Origin: an uncultured Poribacteria bacterium
Lineage (GTDB): Bacteria > Poribacteria > WGA-4E > WGA-3G
Length of the DNA: 64,000 nucleotides
Direction: 5' to 3'
Assembly (NCBI GenBank): GCA_958296135.2
Contig: CATQHZ020000001.1
Location: 2,528,001 to 2,592,000 of the forward strand
Shown here: piece by piece, positions 19,569-29,593 of the stretch
Position numbering within the stretch: position 1 is the first letter of the stretch
Layout: every line of letters begins with the position of its first letter
Notes under the pieces: generated by a model
Told to the model about the DNA's origin: nothing
Seen by the model: only the letters and a program-made list of their open reading frames with translations
The model's database searches: none
Position numbers and translations under genes: made by a program

Positions 19569-20980
19569 ATTTTTGGTCTACGTTCTTCAAACAGGTCTTC
19601 CACAGCCTGAATAGCGTTAGGCATACTGAACACAATAACCTTGTCTGCAGGTTGGATAACGCTCTGCCCGGTCGGAATAATCAGTTTGTCGCGCCGAATA
19701 ATAGCACCAATAAAGGCTTCCTGCGGAAATTTCGTCTTGAACGAAGAGAGCGCCTTGTGAACAATCTTGGCGTTGATGCCCGCCACAATTTCAATGACTT
19801 CAGCCTCTATCCCATGGAGCGAGGCGACAGAGACTATCTGCCCGCGGCGGATGAGGCGGAGAATGTCGCTGACGACAGAAAGATGGCGACTCACCGCGCC
19901 ATCAAGCCGCGGAATCCGCGCTAACAGCGGCAGATAGCGCGGTTGTTGAATCAGCGCGAGGGCCCGCTGCGCGCCATTCTCCTTCGCCATCATGCACGCC
20001 ATAATGTCGTTCTCATCGTCACCGGTGACAGAAACAAAACCGTTCACCTCCTCCACACCGGCCTCCTCAAGCAACCGGAATTGGAGGTAGTTACCGTGCA
20101 AAACAGTCGTGCGCCGCAAAAACTGCGATGCCAATTCGGCTCTCTTCTGGTCTGCCTCAATAAGCTTGACGTTGGTGTCATTTCGCTCTAATGCACTAGC
20201 GAGTTGGATGCCGATAGGGCTCGCACCGACGATGATAACACGTTCCAAGTGTTCGTTAAACATGATGCCGCTGAGGCGGAGCAGCTGCTCCACGGCGACA
20301 GCACTACCGATGACAAACACATCATCGCCTTGTTGCAAGACATCTGCCCCTCTAGGAATGATAATGTAGCGAGACGCTTCCCCCGGATGCACTCTTTCCT
20401 CGGGACGCTTCCGCCGGTGAATAGCGGCAAATCGGATATCCGCCAACAACCCGCTTTTGTCCAATTCGGCCAGGGATCTCCCAATGAACGGGTTCGTCTG
20501 CTTCACGCGAAAGGAGACAAGCTGCACCTTGCCATCTTCAAACTCAACAACCTCCCGCGCTTCAGGTGTCTTAAGCAACCGGACAAATTCGGCAACACAC
20601 AACTGCTCTGGATTAATCAGCAAATCGATGCCGAAATCCTTGGGCGCGATCCCGTTGCCTGACATAAAATAGTCAGGATTGGAAACGCGAGCGATTTTGG
20701 GGCAACGCGTATACATGTTGGCTATCTGGCACGCCAGCATGTTAATTTCATCGCTGCTGGTAACCGCGATGAAGATGTCTGCTTCTTCCACTCCCGCGGC
20801 CTTGATGAGGCGCGGCGAAGCACCGGGACCGCAAAACGTTTGCATGTCCAATTGCTCGTTCACTCGCTGGCATGCTTCTTTGGATTCGTCAATCAGCACG
20901 ACATCGTTGTCTTCTTCAAGTGTCAAGAGTTTGGCGGTATGAAATCCAACTTCTCCCGCCCCGATAATTATTGCCTTCAT
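19565..20980 (-). CDS. trkA: Trk potassium uptake NAD-binding subunit TrkA
   Basis: MKAIIIGAGEVG start; two RCK domains; overlaps the trkH start. Confidence 0.93.
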   Translation of the reverse strand: MKAIIIGAGEVGFHTAKLLTLEEDNDVVLIDESKEACQRVNEQLDMQTFCGPGASPRLIKAAGVEEADIFIAVTSSDEINMLACQIANMYTRCPKIARVSNPDYFMSGNGIAPKDFGIDLLINPEQLCVAEFVRLLKTPEAREVVEFEDGKVQLVSFRVKQTNPFIGRSLAELDKSGLLADIRFAAIHRRKRPEERVHPGEASRYIIIPRGADVLQQGDDVFVIGSAVAVEQLLRLSGIMFNEHLERVIIVGASPIGIQLASALERNDTNVKLIEADQKRAELASQFLRRTTVLHGNYLQFRLLEEAGVEEVNGFVSVTGDDENDIMACMMAKENGAQRALALIQQPRYLPLLARIPRLDGAVSRHLSVVSDILRLIRRGQIVSVASLHGIEAEVIEIVAGINAKIVHKALSSFKTKFPQEAFIGAIIRRDKLIIPTGQSVIQPADKVIVFSMPNAIQAVEDLFEERRPKI

Positions 20981-21024
20981 TCTTCTCGTCTGTTTGCGCA
21001 GGCTAATCGGATTAGCACTGCTTT

Positions 21025-23967
21025 TTACGGATAATATGCCGCAATTGGAGGACAGGTACAAACAAGATTCCTGTCTCCCTGGACTTCGTTAATGCGAGCA
21101 ACAGCGGGCCAAAATTTATGTTCGCGTACCCACGGCACCGGAAAAGCGGCCGCCTCGCGCGTGTAAGGATGCGGCCACTCTGTCTGTGTAACCCTATCTA
21201 CCGTGTGAGGCGCGTTTTTGAGAACGTTGTCTTGCCTATCCGCGGCACCCCTCTCAATCTCGGCCAACTCCCCGCGGATGCAAATGAGCGCATCACAGAA
21301 ACGCTCAAGCTCCGCGCGCGATTCGCTCTCTGTCGGCTCAATCATCATCGTGCCGGGGACGGGCCAGGAAACGGTAGGCGCGTGAAACCCATAGTCCATC
21401 AGCCGTTTTGCCACATCGGTTACGTCTACATCCGCGCTCTTCTTAAAGTCGCGCAAATCGATGATGCATTCGTGTGCAACGCGCCCATTCTTCCCGGTAT
21501 AGAGGATAGGATAGTGCCCTTCCAACCGCTTCGCAATGTAGTTGGCGTTAAGAATAGCCACCTCTGTCGCGGCCTTGAGCCCCGCTGCGCCCATCATAGC
21601 GATGTATGCCCATGAAATCGGTAGGATGCCGGGACTTCCCCACGGTGCCGCTGAGACAGGGCCGATACCATCGTCGCCGGTAGGTGCACCATTTCGTGGA
21701 AAAAGCGAGCGCGCTGAAACAATTGGATGCGTCGGCAAAAAATCAACGAGATGCGCTTTCACCCCAATCGGCCCCATCCCCGGGCCGCCACCACCGTGCG
21801 GGATGCAGAACGTTTTGTGGAGATTGAGATGACACACATCGGTGCCGATATCCGCAGGGCGGCTGAGCCCAACCAGCGCGTTGAGATTCGCACCATCCAT
21901 GTAAACTTGCCCACCCGCCTGATGGACAATGTCGCATATCTCGCGAATCTCTTTTTCAAACACGCCGTGCGTTGACGGATACGTAAGCATCGCGGCGGCA
22001 AGCGTCTCGCGATAAATCTCTGCCTTCTGACGCAGCTCTGCCAAGTCTACGTTACCTGCCGCATCGCATGCCACTACGACAACTTGCATCCCTGCCATAA
22101 CAGCGCTCGCAGGGTTCGTGCCGTGCGCGGACGTAGGAATTAAGCAGACGTTACGATGCGCCTCGTTTCGGCTGTGGTGATATTTACGGATAACTAACAA
22201 ACCGGCATACTCCCCCTGCGAACCGGCGTTCGGTTGCAATGAGATACCGCTGTAGCCGGTTATCGCTGCCAACCATGTCTCCAATTGTTCAAACAAAGCA
22301 TGATAACCTTTCGCCTGTTCGGCGGGCACGAACGGGTGAATATCGCTGAATTCCGGCCACGTGACTGGCATCATCTCCGCCGTAGCGTTAAGTTTCATCG
22401 TGCAAGAACCGAGCGGAATCATGGCATTGACTAAAGAGAGATCTTTCGCTTGGAGTTTGTGGATATACCGCAGCATCTCCGTCTCGGAGTGGTAACTATT
22501 GAAAACGGGATGCGTGAGGTATTTCGTATTTCGCAACGCGTTCAATGCTGTACAGGCGTAACCGTAACCGTTGTCGATGCCTACGTCTTCGGTGAGCGTG
22601 GGAAAAATTGCGAGGAGTTCCTCAACATCAGCGGCTGTCGTTGTCTCATCTAACGCAACACCGATATGCGTTGCATCGATAGGCCGGAGATTTATCGCCT
22701 TCGCGCGGGCGGCAGCGTGAATTTCTTCCGCGGTAGGCGTGTGGACGCAGAGCGTGTCAAAACAAGGCGCATCACCTGTCGCATATCCCAACTTTTCAAG
22801 GCCCGTGCGTAGCATGCAAGTCAAGGCGTGAACGCGTTCCGCAATTCGCTTGAGTCCCATCGGCCCGTGATAGACAGCATACATCCCTGCCATGACAGCG
22901 AGTAGCACTTGCGCGGTGCAAATGTTGCTCGTCGCCTTTTCACGGCGGATATGCTGTTCTCGCGTTTGGAGTGCCAATCGGATGGCTGGTTTCCCAGTGA
23001 CATCGTGCGAGACACCGGCGATGCGCCCGGGGATACGGCGTTTGAGCTCATCGCGCGTGGAGAGAAAGGCGGCGTGCGGGCCGCCATAGCCGAGCGGCAC
23101 GCCGAAGCGTTGCGCGCTACCGATGGCGATATCAGCACCGAACTCGCCGGGGGGGTTCAGAAGCGTGAGTGCAAGCAAATCTGTCGCAGTAATGAACAAG
23201 CCACCGGCGTTATGAACCTGTTCGGCGAAGCCACCGTAGTCATAAATCGTACCATCTGTCGCAGGGTACTGGACAATCGCACCGAGAATCGGTTCATCGA
23301 AATCCACGTCACGGTGATTCCCAATCTGCAATCGGATGCCGAGGGGTTCGGCCCGCGTCTGCAACACCGCGATTGTCTGGGGATGACACGTCTCCGAGAC
23401 GAAAAAGATACCCGCCTCTTTCCGCCGCCGGGCCGCGGCGAGACACATACCCATCGCCTCGGCGGCGGCGGTTGCTTCGTCTAATAGCGAGGCATTCGCG
23501 ATGGGGAGCCCCGTCAAGTCACTCACCATCGTCTGAAAATTGAGCAACGCCTCCAGCCGCCCTTGCGAAATTTCCGCCTGATAAGGGGTATAGTGCGTAT
23601 ACCACCCCGGATTCTCAAGAATATTTCGCTGGATAACCGGCGGCACGATGCAGTTATAGTAACCCATGCCAATATAGGAACGGTAGACTTGCCCACAACT
23701 ACTCAAATTACCCGCAGCGAGCCGCTTTAATGCCGCAAGTACCTCGGATTCCGAGAGTCCTCGCGCCCCCATCAACCCGGGAGACAGCTCCGTCTGTCCT
23801 GATATTTTCAGATTCAACGGCGACGCGATGCGAATGTCCTCTGGGACAACGTCGTCAATGAACGCATCCATTGAAGCGTAACCGAGGACAGCTAACATCT
23901 CCGTGAGGTCTTCGTTGCGAGGGCCGATGTGGCGATTAGCGAAGGTAACAGTCATCTGATGCCTCAA
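21025..23967 (-). CDS. gcvP: Glycine dehydrogenase (decarboxylating), single-chain
   Basis: [30 protein letters not shown] and HLNLHKTF motifs. Confidence 0.97.
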   Translation of the reverse strand: MRHQMTVTFANRHIGPRNEDLTEMLAVLGYASMDAFIDDVVPEDIRIASPLNLKISGQTELSPGLMGARGLSESEVLAALKRLAAGNLSSCGQVYRSYIGMGYYNCIVPPVIQRNILENPGWYTHYTPYQAEISQGRLEALLNFQTMVSDLTGLPIANASLLDEATAAAEAMGMCLAAARRRKEAGIFFVSETCHPQTIAVLQTRAEPLGIRLQIGNHRDVDFDEPILGAIVQYPATDGTIYDYGGFAEQVHNAGGLFITATDLLALTLLNPPGEFGADIAIGSAQRFGVPLGYGGPHAAFLSTRDELKRRIPGRIAGVSHDVTGKPAIRLALQTREQHIRREKATSNICTAQVLLAVMAGMYAVYHGPMGLKRIAERVHALTCMLRTGLEKLGYATGDAPCFDTLCVHTPTAEEIHAAARAKAINLRPIDATHIGVALDETTTAADVEELLAIFPTLTEDVGIDNGYGYACTALNALRNTKYLTHPVFNSYHSETEMLRYIHKLQAKDLSLVNAMIPLGSCTMKLNATAEMMPVTWPEFSDIHPFVPAEQAKGYHALFEQLETWLAAITGYSGISLQPNAGSQGEYAGLLVIRKYHHSRNEAHRNVCLIPTSAHGTNPASAVMAGMQVVVVACDAAGNVDLAELRQKAEIYRETLAAAMLTYPSTHGVFEKEIREICDIVHQAGGQVYMDGANLNALVGLSRPADIGTDVCHLNLHKTFCIPHGGGGPGMGPIGVKAHLVDFLPTHPIVSARSLFPRNGAPTGDDGIGPVSAAPWGSPGILPISWAYIAMMGAAGLKAATEVAILNANYIAKRLEGHYPILYTGKNGRVAHECIIDLRDFKKSADVDVTDVAKRLMDYGFHAPTVSWPVPGTMMIEPTESESRAELERFCDALICIRGELAEIERGAADRQDNVLKNAPHTVDRVTQTEWPHPYTREAAAFPVPWVREHKFWPAVARINEVQGDRNLVCTCPPIAAYYP

Positions 23968-24347
23968 TTCTCATCCGCAATGTGTGCTTGATAACTATCT
24001 GCATCAAGAAGTGCCCCAAGTTCCGCAGGCGCGGCCATGCGGATTTTTATCAACCACCCGTCTTCGTAAGGCGAGATATTGACATGTTCCGGCGCATCAA
24101 CCAGCATGTCATTAACAGCGATAACCTCACCGCTGACAGGCGCGTAAAGGTCGAAGGCGGCTTTAACCGATTCTATCACGCCGAATTCGGTTTTCTGTCT
24201 GACATGCATGCCGACTTCTGGCAACTCAACGTAGACAATATCCTGAATCTCTGCCTGGGCGTAATCGGTAATGCCGATGGTGGCGACATCCTCTTCCTGC
24301 CGCGCCCATTCGTGGCTTTCCATGTATCTCAAATTTTGTGGAAACAT
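23964..24347 (-). CDS. gcvH: Glycine cleavage system H protein
   Basis: SHEW, GITDYAQ and the lipoyl-lysine motif IESVKA. Confidence 0.96.
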   Translation of the reverse strand: MFPQNLRYMESHEWARQEEDVATIGITDYAQAEIQDIVYVELPEVGMHVRQKTEFGVIESVKAAFDLYAPVSGEVIAVNDMLVDAPEHVNISPYEDGWLIKIRMAAPAELGALLDADSYQAHIADEN

Positions 24348-24509
24348 CGCATTTTGCCCCGCTCACAGGGGCATCTTCCTTTCATCCTGAGCACGATACC
24401 GCGCAGCGTGTGCGGCTAACCGTTCCTCTGATGTCAAGTTTTTCAAGACCGGAGCCCCCAGTCTCACCAAGTCCTCTTTCACCTCATTCACCCGATATCG
24501 GTTTTTAAT

Positions 24510-24538
24510 ATGTTAACACATATCAAAACCCATGTCAA
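24510..24538 (-). promoter_or_regulatory. Internal sigma70 promoter upstream of gcvH
   Basis: TTGACA-17 bp-TAACAT. Confidence 0.6.
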
Positions 24539-24540
24539 AT

Positions 24541-25668
24541 TCATTCTCCGCGATAAAAAGGCACCTTGACAATCTCCGCCGGGCGCAGTTTGCCCCGAAT
24601 CTCAATATCAATGGCTTTGTAGCGAGCGCGAGGGACAGGCCCGCGCGCTACGATAGAATTTGAACGGTTGTCACGAGACACCGTAATGCTGGCAAACCCA
24701 ATGTTGCACTTAAGAGTCGGCGAAGGGGCACCACTTGTCACCGTGCCGATGCGCGCGCCATGCTGATACACCGCGTAACCGGCACGCGCGACTGCCCGGT
24801 CGCGCATCTGAAATCCTACCAATCGCCGCGCAACCCCGCTTTCTTTCTGTGCGAGAAGCGCGTCGCTACCGATAAATTCTCCCTTATCTAACTTAACAAA
24901 CCGACTGAGGCCGGCTTCAAGGGGAGTTGTCTGTTCGTCCATGTCCATGCCATATAAACGGAGTCCTGCTTCAAGCCGCAGCGTATCGCGCGCGCCGAGC
25001 CCAACCGGCAACCCACCTGCCGCTGTCACCGCCGGATAGAGGATATGCCAGAGCTCTTTGCCATCGGCGGCATTGACGTATAACTCAAATCCAACTTCAC
25101 CGGTGTAGCCGGTGCGCGAAATTAGCGCAGGAATATCGGCTATCCTGCTCTCCGTAAACCGGAAAAACGGAATCTCGGAAATATCCGCACCAGGCACCAA
25201 AGGATTCAGGATTTCAATTGCATTAGGGCCTTGTAGCGCGATGAGGACTGTGTCATTGCTCCGGTCTGCGAGGTTTACCCCAATGTCGTTGTGAGTTTCC
25301 ATCCACGCGAAATCTTTCGCAATATTGGCGGCGTTCACAACCAGCATGTAGCGCGTATCGGTAAAGCGGTAAACCAGAACATCGTCAACGGTGCCGCCCG
25401 TCTCATTGCAGAGGAGACTATACTGCGCTTGTCCATTTTTCAAACGGCTGCTGTCGTTGGTGGACAGCTTTTGTAGGAAGCGTCCCGCACCCTCTCCGCG
25501 AACCTCTATCTCTCCCATGTGCGACAAGTCAAACAATCCGACAGAGGCCCGCACGGCGAGATGTTCGGCGACAATGCTACTATATTGGAGCGGCATCGCC
25601 CACCCACCGAATTCTGTCCATTTGGCGTTAAGCGCGCGATGAATGTCATAAAGCGGTGTCCGTTTCAT
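24541..25668 (-). CDS. gcvT: Glycine cleavage aminomethyltransferase T
   Basis: MKRTPLY start; FDLSHMG, SRTGYTGE and GLGARDTLRLEAG motifs. Confidence 0.96.
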   Translation of the reverse strand: MKRTPLYDIHRALNAKWTEFGGWAMPLQYSSIVAEHLAVRASVGLFDLSHMGEIEVRGEGAGRFLQKLSTNDSSRLKNGQAQYSLLCNETGGTVDDVLVYRFTDTRYMLVVNAANIAKDFAWMETHNDIGVNLADRSNDTVLIALQGPNAIEILNPLVPGADISEIPFFRFTESRIADIPALISRTGYTGEVGFELYVNAADGKELWHILYPAVTAAGGLPVGLGARDTLRLEAGLRLYGMDMDEQTTPLEAGLSRFVKLDKGEFIGSDALLAQKESGVARRLVGFQMRDRAVARAGYAVYQHGARIGTVTSGAPSPTLKCNIGFASITVSRDNRSNSIVARGPVPRARYKAIDIEIRGKLRPAEIVKVPFYRGE

Positions 25669-25712
25669 TACTGCTGTCCCTTTGCCAAGCAAGAGTCTGG
25701 CGAATCCTCTGT

Positions 25713-26216
25713 TTATCCAGGAATTTGATAGAGGAGCCGATTCTCTGACTGCAGCCAGCCTTCGGGCTTGGAAACGATGGCGAACTCCGCCCGATACCCT
25801 GATGTCCGAGTCCTCCAAGTGCGTAGTTCCACACCAAAAAATCTGAACCGTTCCTCCGTTATCTCGTTCTGCCAGTCCAGCGTTGCACGGTGCTCACGCC
25901 GGAATTCTGTGGCCACCCAAATGACAGTAACAGCCTGCAACCCCGCCGCGTACGTCAGCACTTGACCGAGGTGCGAATGGTCAGAACGCGTCAACTGGTT
26001 TTCAATCACCACACGGGAGTTATCTGCAGCGTTACGACACACCAAATCGGCTCTGAATTCTCCGACGCTTTTTTCACGTGCTTCAAATGCCAATTCCATC
26101 TTCAGGGATTCGGCGAGGCAAGACAGATTCTCGGCTAGCCATGGCGTAAAGTTATGTGCTTCATGTAGCCAGAACTCGCGAGGCGGCCGTCTCTCCCTCA
26201 AGGAAAGTTGAGACAT
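25713..26216 (-). CDS. PD-(D/E)XK-like nuclease domain protein (resembles the N-terminal domain of DUF4268 proteins / NucS-like), copy 2
   Basis: EAHNFTPWLAENL, REKSVGEFRADLVC and VVIENQL..SDHSHLGQVLTYAAG; TGATG overlap with the upstream TPR gene. Confidence 0.75.
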   Translation of the reverse strand: MSQLSLRERRPPREFWLHEAHNFTPWLAENLSCLAESLKMELAFEAREKSVGEFRADLVCRNAADNSRVVIENQLTRSDHSHLGQVLTYAAGLQAVTVIWVATEFRREHRATLDWQNEITEERFRFFGVELRTWRTRTSGYRAEFAIVSKPEGWLQSENRLLYQIPG

Positions 26217-27217
26217 CAGTTGCTGCCCTCCCCCGATTCGTCAAGTTCCTTAAGTTTATATTCAATGTAAGATTGGTGCATTGCATCGCCCGCTGTGAGC
26301 GCGAGTTTCAGGGCTATCTCTAAATCCACTTTTGCCTCCGCATCGCGGCCCCAGCGGAGTTTCTCCTCGGCGCGATAGGTGTACGGCTGTGCAAGCCCCG
26401 CATCTACCCGTATTGCTTCTTCGTAGTCGGCAAAGGCCGCATCATTTTTCCCCAACGAGTCTTTAGTCAACCCCCGATTGGTATAATACACCGCATTGCT
26501 CGGCTCAAGACGAATCGCCTCGTCATAATCGGCAACGGAAGCTTCATACTGCCCAAGAAAGAACTTTAACTCCCCGCGATAGTGATAAACCATCGGCATC
26601 GCCGGGTTAAGACGCAGTGCCGCGTCAAAATCCGCAAGGGCAGCTGCATCGTCGCCTTGCAGCATCTTCGAGAACCCCCGGTTCGCGTACATCTCCGCGC
26701 ACTGCGGACTTAACCGGAGCGCAACCTCGTGGTCTGCCAAGGCAGCCTCGTGCTGCCCAAGCCCCGATTTCGCAATACCCCGAGCCGAATACGCCGCCGA
26801 AACACTCGCATCAAGACTGAGAGCCTGCTCTAAGTCGGCGAGAGCCGCTTCATACTGCGCCAAGGCGTTCTTCGCCTTACCTCGATGCAGATACACCGCC
26901 GCATCCCCCAACCGCAGCCGAATCGCATTATCGTAAGCAGCAACTGCATCTGTGTCCTTACCAGCTGCTGAAAGGAGCAAACCAGCCTGAAACCATGCAC
27001 GCGCTGCCAAAGTGTCATCTGTGCCTTCAACAAGAATAGCAAGGGCACGCCACTTCTCAATGGCGGCCGATATCTCACCGGCCGCCTGGAATGCCTGCGC
27101 ATCCGCAATCGCCTGCTCCACCAAAGACACGGACGATGGAAAAACAGAACCCAACGCCGATTCCGCGACGGTTTGCGCGTTTTGCCCAGGGGAGGGAGTT
27201 GTCGATTTCGTTGCCAT
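26216..27217 (-). CDS. Tetratricopeptide repeat protein, copy 2
   Basis: About 8 TPR units (AY..RG.....LGQ.EAALAD...AL.L.P); start MATKST at 27217. Confidence 0.9.
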   Translation of the reverse strand: MATKSTTPSPGQNAQTVAESALGSVFPSSVSLVEQAIADAQAFQAAGEISAAIEKWRALAILVEGTDDTLAARAWFQAGLLLSAAGKDTDAVAAYDNAIRLRLGDAAVYLHRGKAKNALAQYEAALADLEQALSLDASVSAAYSARGIAKSGLGQHEAALADHEVALRLSPQCAEMYANRGFSKMLQGDDAAALADFDAALRLNPAMPMVYHYRGELKFFLGQYEASVADYDEAIRLEPSNAVYYTNRGLTKDSLGKNDAAFADYEEAIRVDAGLAQPYTYRAEEKLRWGRDAEAKVDLEIALKLALTAGDAMHQSYIEYKLKELDESGEGSN

Positions 27218-27242
27218 GGTTTTACCTACTTTCTCCTCATCC

Positions 27243-27737
27243 CTAGATGAGGTACCGGCGGGTTCCTTCAGACTGCGTCCAACTTTCAGGTCTGGCAATA
27301 ATAGCAAACTCCACATAGCGCGAAGCCTGATCTTGCCAAGTATGAAGTTCCACACCGAAAAACCTAAAACGTTCCTCCGTTATCTCATTCTGCCAGTCCA
27401 GCGTTGCACGGTGCTCATTTCTGAATTCCTCCGCTACCCAAATCACGGTGGCAGCCTGCAACCCCGCTGCATACGTCAGCACCTGTCCGAGGTGCAAATG
27501 GTCAGATTTTGTTAACTGATTCTCAATGACTACCCGGGAGTTATCCTGTCTATTCCGACAGACTAAATCCGCGCGGAACGCCCCAACACTTTTCTCACGC
27601 GCTTCAAATACCAATTCCATATTGAGCGATTCGGCAAGAAGCGGCAGGTTTTCGGCTAGCCACGGCGTAAAGTCACGCGCCTCATGTAACCAGAACGCGC
27701 GCGGCGGAACATTTTGAAATACGAGAGATGGAGACAT
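27243..27737 (-). CDS. PD-(D/E)XK-like nuclease domain protein (DUF4268 N-domain-like), copy 1
   Basis: EARDFTPWLAENL and GAFRADLVC..VVIENQL motifs; TGATG overlap with the TPR gene. Confidence 0.75.
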   Translation of the reverse strand: MSPSLVFQNVPPRAFWLHEARDFTPWLAENLPLLAESLNMELVFEAREKSVGAFRADLVCRNRQDNSRVVIENQLTKSDHLHLGQVLTYAAGLQAATVIWVAEEFRNEHRATLDWQNEITEERFRFFGVELHTWQDQASRYVEFAIIARPESWTQSEGTRRYLI

Positions 27738-28720
27738 CAAGGGTTGGCCTCCATCGGTTCATCCAATTGCTCCAGCCAATCCGCAACATAGGATTGGTGC
27801 GTCTCATCCCCTGCCGCGCACGCCAATTTCAGGGCCCTCTCTAAATCCACTCTGGCTTCCGCATCACGGCCTTCGCGGATTTTTACCCTGGCGCGGTGGG
27901 TGTAAGGATGCGCCAACTCTGGCTCGACACGAATGGCTTCTTCATAATCGGCGAGGGCCGCATCACGCTGTCCCAACGACTCTTTTGTCAACCCCCGATT
28001 GGTATAACTCACTGCATTTCTCGGATCCAGCCGAATCGCCGCGTCAAAATCGGAAAGAGCCGCCTCAGACTGACTCAGGAAGAACTTCAAATAGCCGCGG
28101 TGATGATAGGCCTCGGGCATCATTGGATTAAGACGCAGTGCCGCGTCAAAATCCGCAAGGGCAGCTGCATCGTCGCCTTGCAGCATCTTCGAGAACCCCC
28201 GATTCGCGTACATCTCCGCGCACTGCGGACTTAACCGGAGCGCAACCCCGTGGTCTGCCAAGGCAGCCTCGTGCTGCCCAAGCCCCGATTTCGCAATACC
28301 CCGAGCCGAATACGCCGCCGAAACACTCGCATCAAGACTGAGAGCCTGCTCTAAGTCGGCGAGAGCCGCTTCATACTGCGCCAAGGCGTTCTTCGCCTTA
28401 CCTCGATGCAGATACACCGCCGCATCCCCCAACCGCAGCCGAATCGCATTATCGTAAGCAGCAACTGCATCTGTGTCCTTACCAACTTCTGAAAGGAGCA
28501 AACCAGCCTGAAACCATGCACGCGCCGCCAAAGTGTCATCTGTGCCTTCAACAAGAATAGCAAGGGCACGCCACTTCTCAATGGCGGCCGATATCTCACC
28601 GGCCGCCTGGAATGCCTGCGCATCCGCAATCGCCTGCTCCACCAAAGACACGGACGATGGAAAAACAGAACCCAACGCCGCCGCAACGGGCGACAGGTTC
28701 TGTGTGGATTTAGTTGCCAT
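27737..28720 (-). CDS. Tetratricopeptide repeat protein, copy 1
   Basis: TPR units; N-terminal ~185 codons near-identical to copy 2; GGAG RBS. Confidence 0.9.
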   Translation of the reverse strand: MATKSTQNLSPVAAALGSVFPSSVSLVEQAIADAQAFQAAGEISAAIEKWRALAILVEGTDDTLAARAWFQAGLLLSEVGKDTDAVAAYDNAIRLRLGDAAVYLHRGKAKNALAQYEAALADLEQALSLDASVSAAYSARGIAKSGLGQHEAALADHGVALRLSPQCAEMYANRGFSKMLQGDDAAALADFDAALRLNPMMPEAYHHRGYLKFFLSQSEAALSDFDAAIRLDPRNAVSYTNRGLTKESLGQRDAALADYEEAIRVEPELAHPYTHRARVKIREGRDAEARVDLERALKLACAAGDETHQSYVADWLEQLDEPMEANP

Positions 28721-28738
28721 GGTGCTCCTCCCGATGCG

Positions 28739-29497
28739 CTACGCTGCTAACCCATAAATTCGGGCGAGATTGCCGCCGAAAATGAGTGCCTCCGCGTCAT
28801 CGCCGAGCTCCAACCGCTTAAGCGCATTGATAACTTGGACCGGACGATATTCGGGCAAGTTGGAACCGAACACAATCTGTTCCGGCCCCAATACGTCAAC
28901 GGCTCTTTTCACCTCCATCGGCACGACGGTGTTCGCATCCATCCCCCATCGCCGATGGAAGCGGAGGATTGTCGTCCCTAGCGAGACATTCCTATGAACC
29001 TTCGCTACCTCAATCGCCGAATCCAGATCATCGGGAAAGCCCATATGATCCATGATAACCGGTGTCTCGGGCACCCACCCCGCTACGGTGCCAATTCTAT
29101 TCGGATGACAATTCGCCGGACCCGAATGGATTGAGACGATGAGCCCATGCGCACGCGCCGCCTCAACTACCGGACGCACAATTCCATCGTCCACGTCGTA
29201 ATTATGCACAGCAGGCATCAGTTTAATACCGCGCATGCCCCACTCTTCCGCCGCCAACCGCACCTGCTCAACAGGCTCCGGCTCCGTTGGATGCACCAAA
29301 GCACACCCGAGCGCACGCGGGTTCCCGCGAATCGCATCGCCGAGCTCAGCGTTCCGCGGATTCGGCTGCGTGTTAGGCATGATTACCGCCACATCCATCT
29401 CCGCTTCATCCTCTAACGCCAAGAGGCTGTCTAAATCCAATGTCCCGTTCTCATCACGAAAATCGTCGTTGAGATATGCTTCAAAATCGCCGCGCAT
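28739..29497 (-). CDS. Amidohydrolase_2 family protein
   Basis: GIKLMP, IHSG, MDHMG and IVFGSNLP motifs; AGGAG RBS. Confidence 0.8.
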   Translation of the reverse strand: MRGDFEAYLNDDFRDENGTLDLDSLLALEDEAEMDVAVIMPNTQPNPRNAELGDAIRGNPRALGCALVHPTEPEPVEQVRLAAEEWGMRGIKLMPAVHNYDVDDGIVRPVVEAARAHGLIVSIHSGPANCHPNRIGTVAGWVPETPVIMDHMGFPDDLDSAIEVAKVHRNVSLGTTILRFHRRWGMDANTVVPMEVKRAVDVLGPEQIVFGSNLPEYRPVQVINALKRLELGDDAEALIFGGNLARIYGLAA

Positions 29498-29593
29498 GAG
29501 AGTACTCCTATAAATATTGTAGTCCTAACAGACTGCTGTTCGTATCGCCTACTTCAGGCTCAGGCGAGCCCGAACTACAGTGGAAACTCGGTA

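Noticed and set aside
24348-24540. Glycine riboswitch near the gcv genes
   Set aside because: The conserved GGAGA...CCGAAG...CUCUCAGG elements were not found by eye here or upstream of gcvT.
26216-27355. Extended N-termini in the ORF track (TPR copy 2, gcvT, trkA, nuoB, nuoC, rimP, tnpB)
   Set aside because: Most overlap neighbouring genes or repeats; downstream starts match family N-termini and RBS positions.
26216-28720. Diversity-generating retroelement template/variable repeat pair
   Set aside because: No reverse transcriptase in the window, differences are not confined to adenines, and both copies are full genes.
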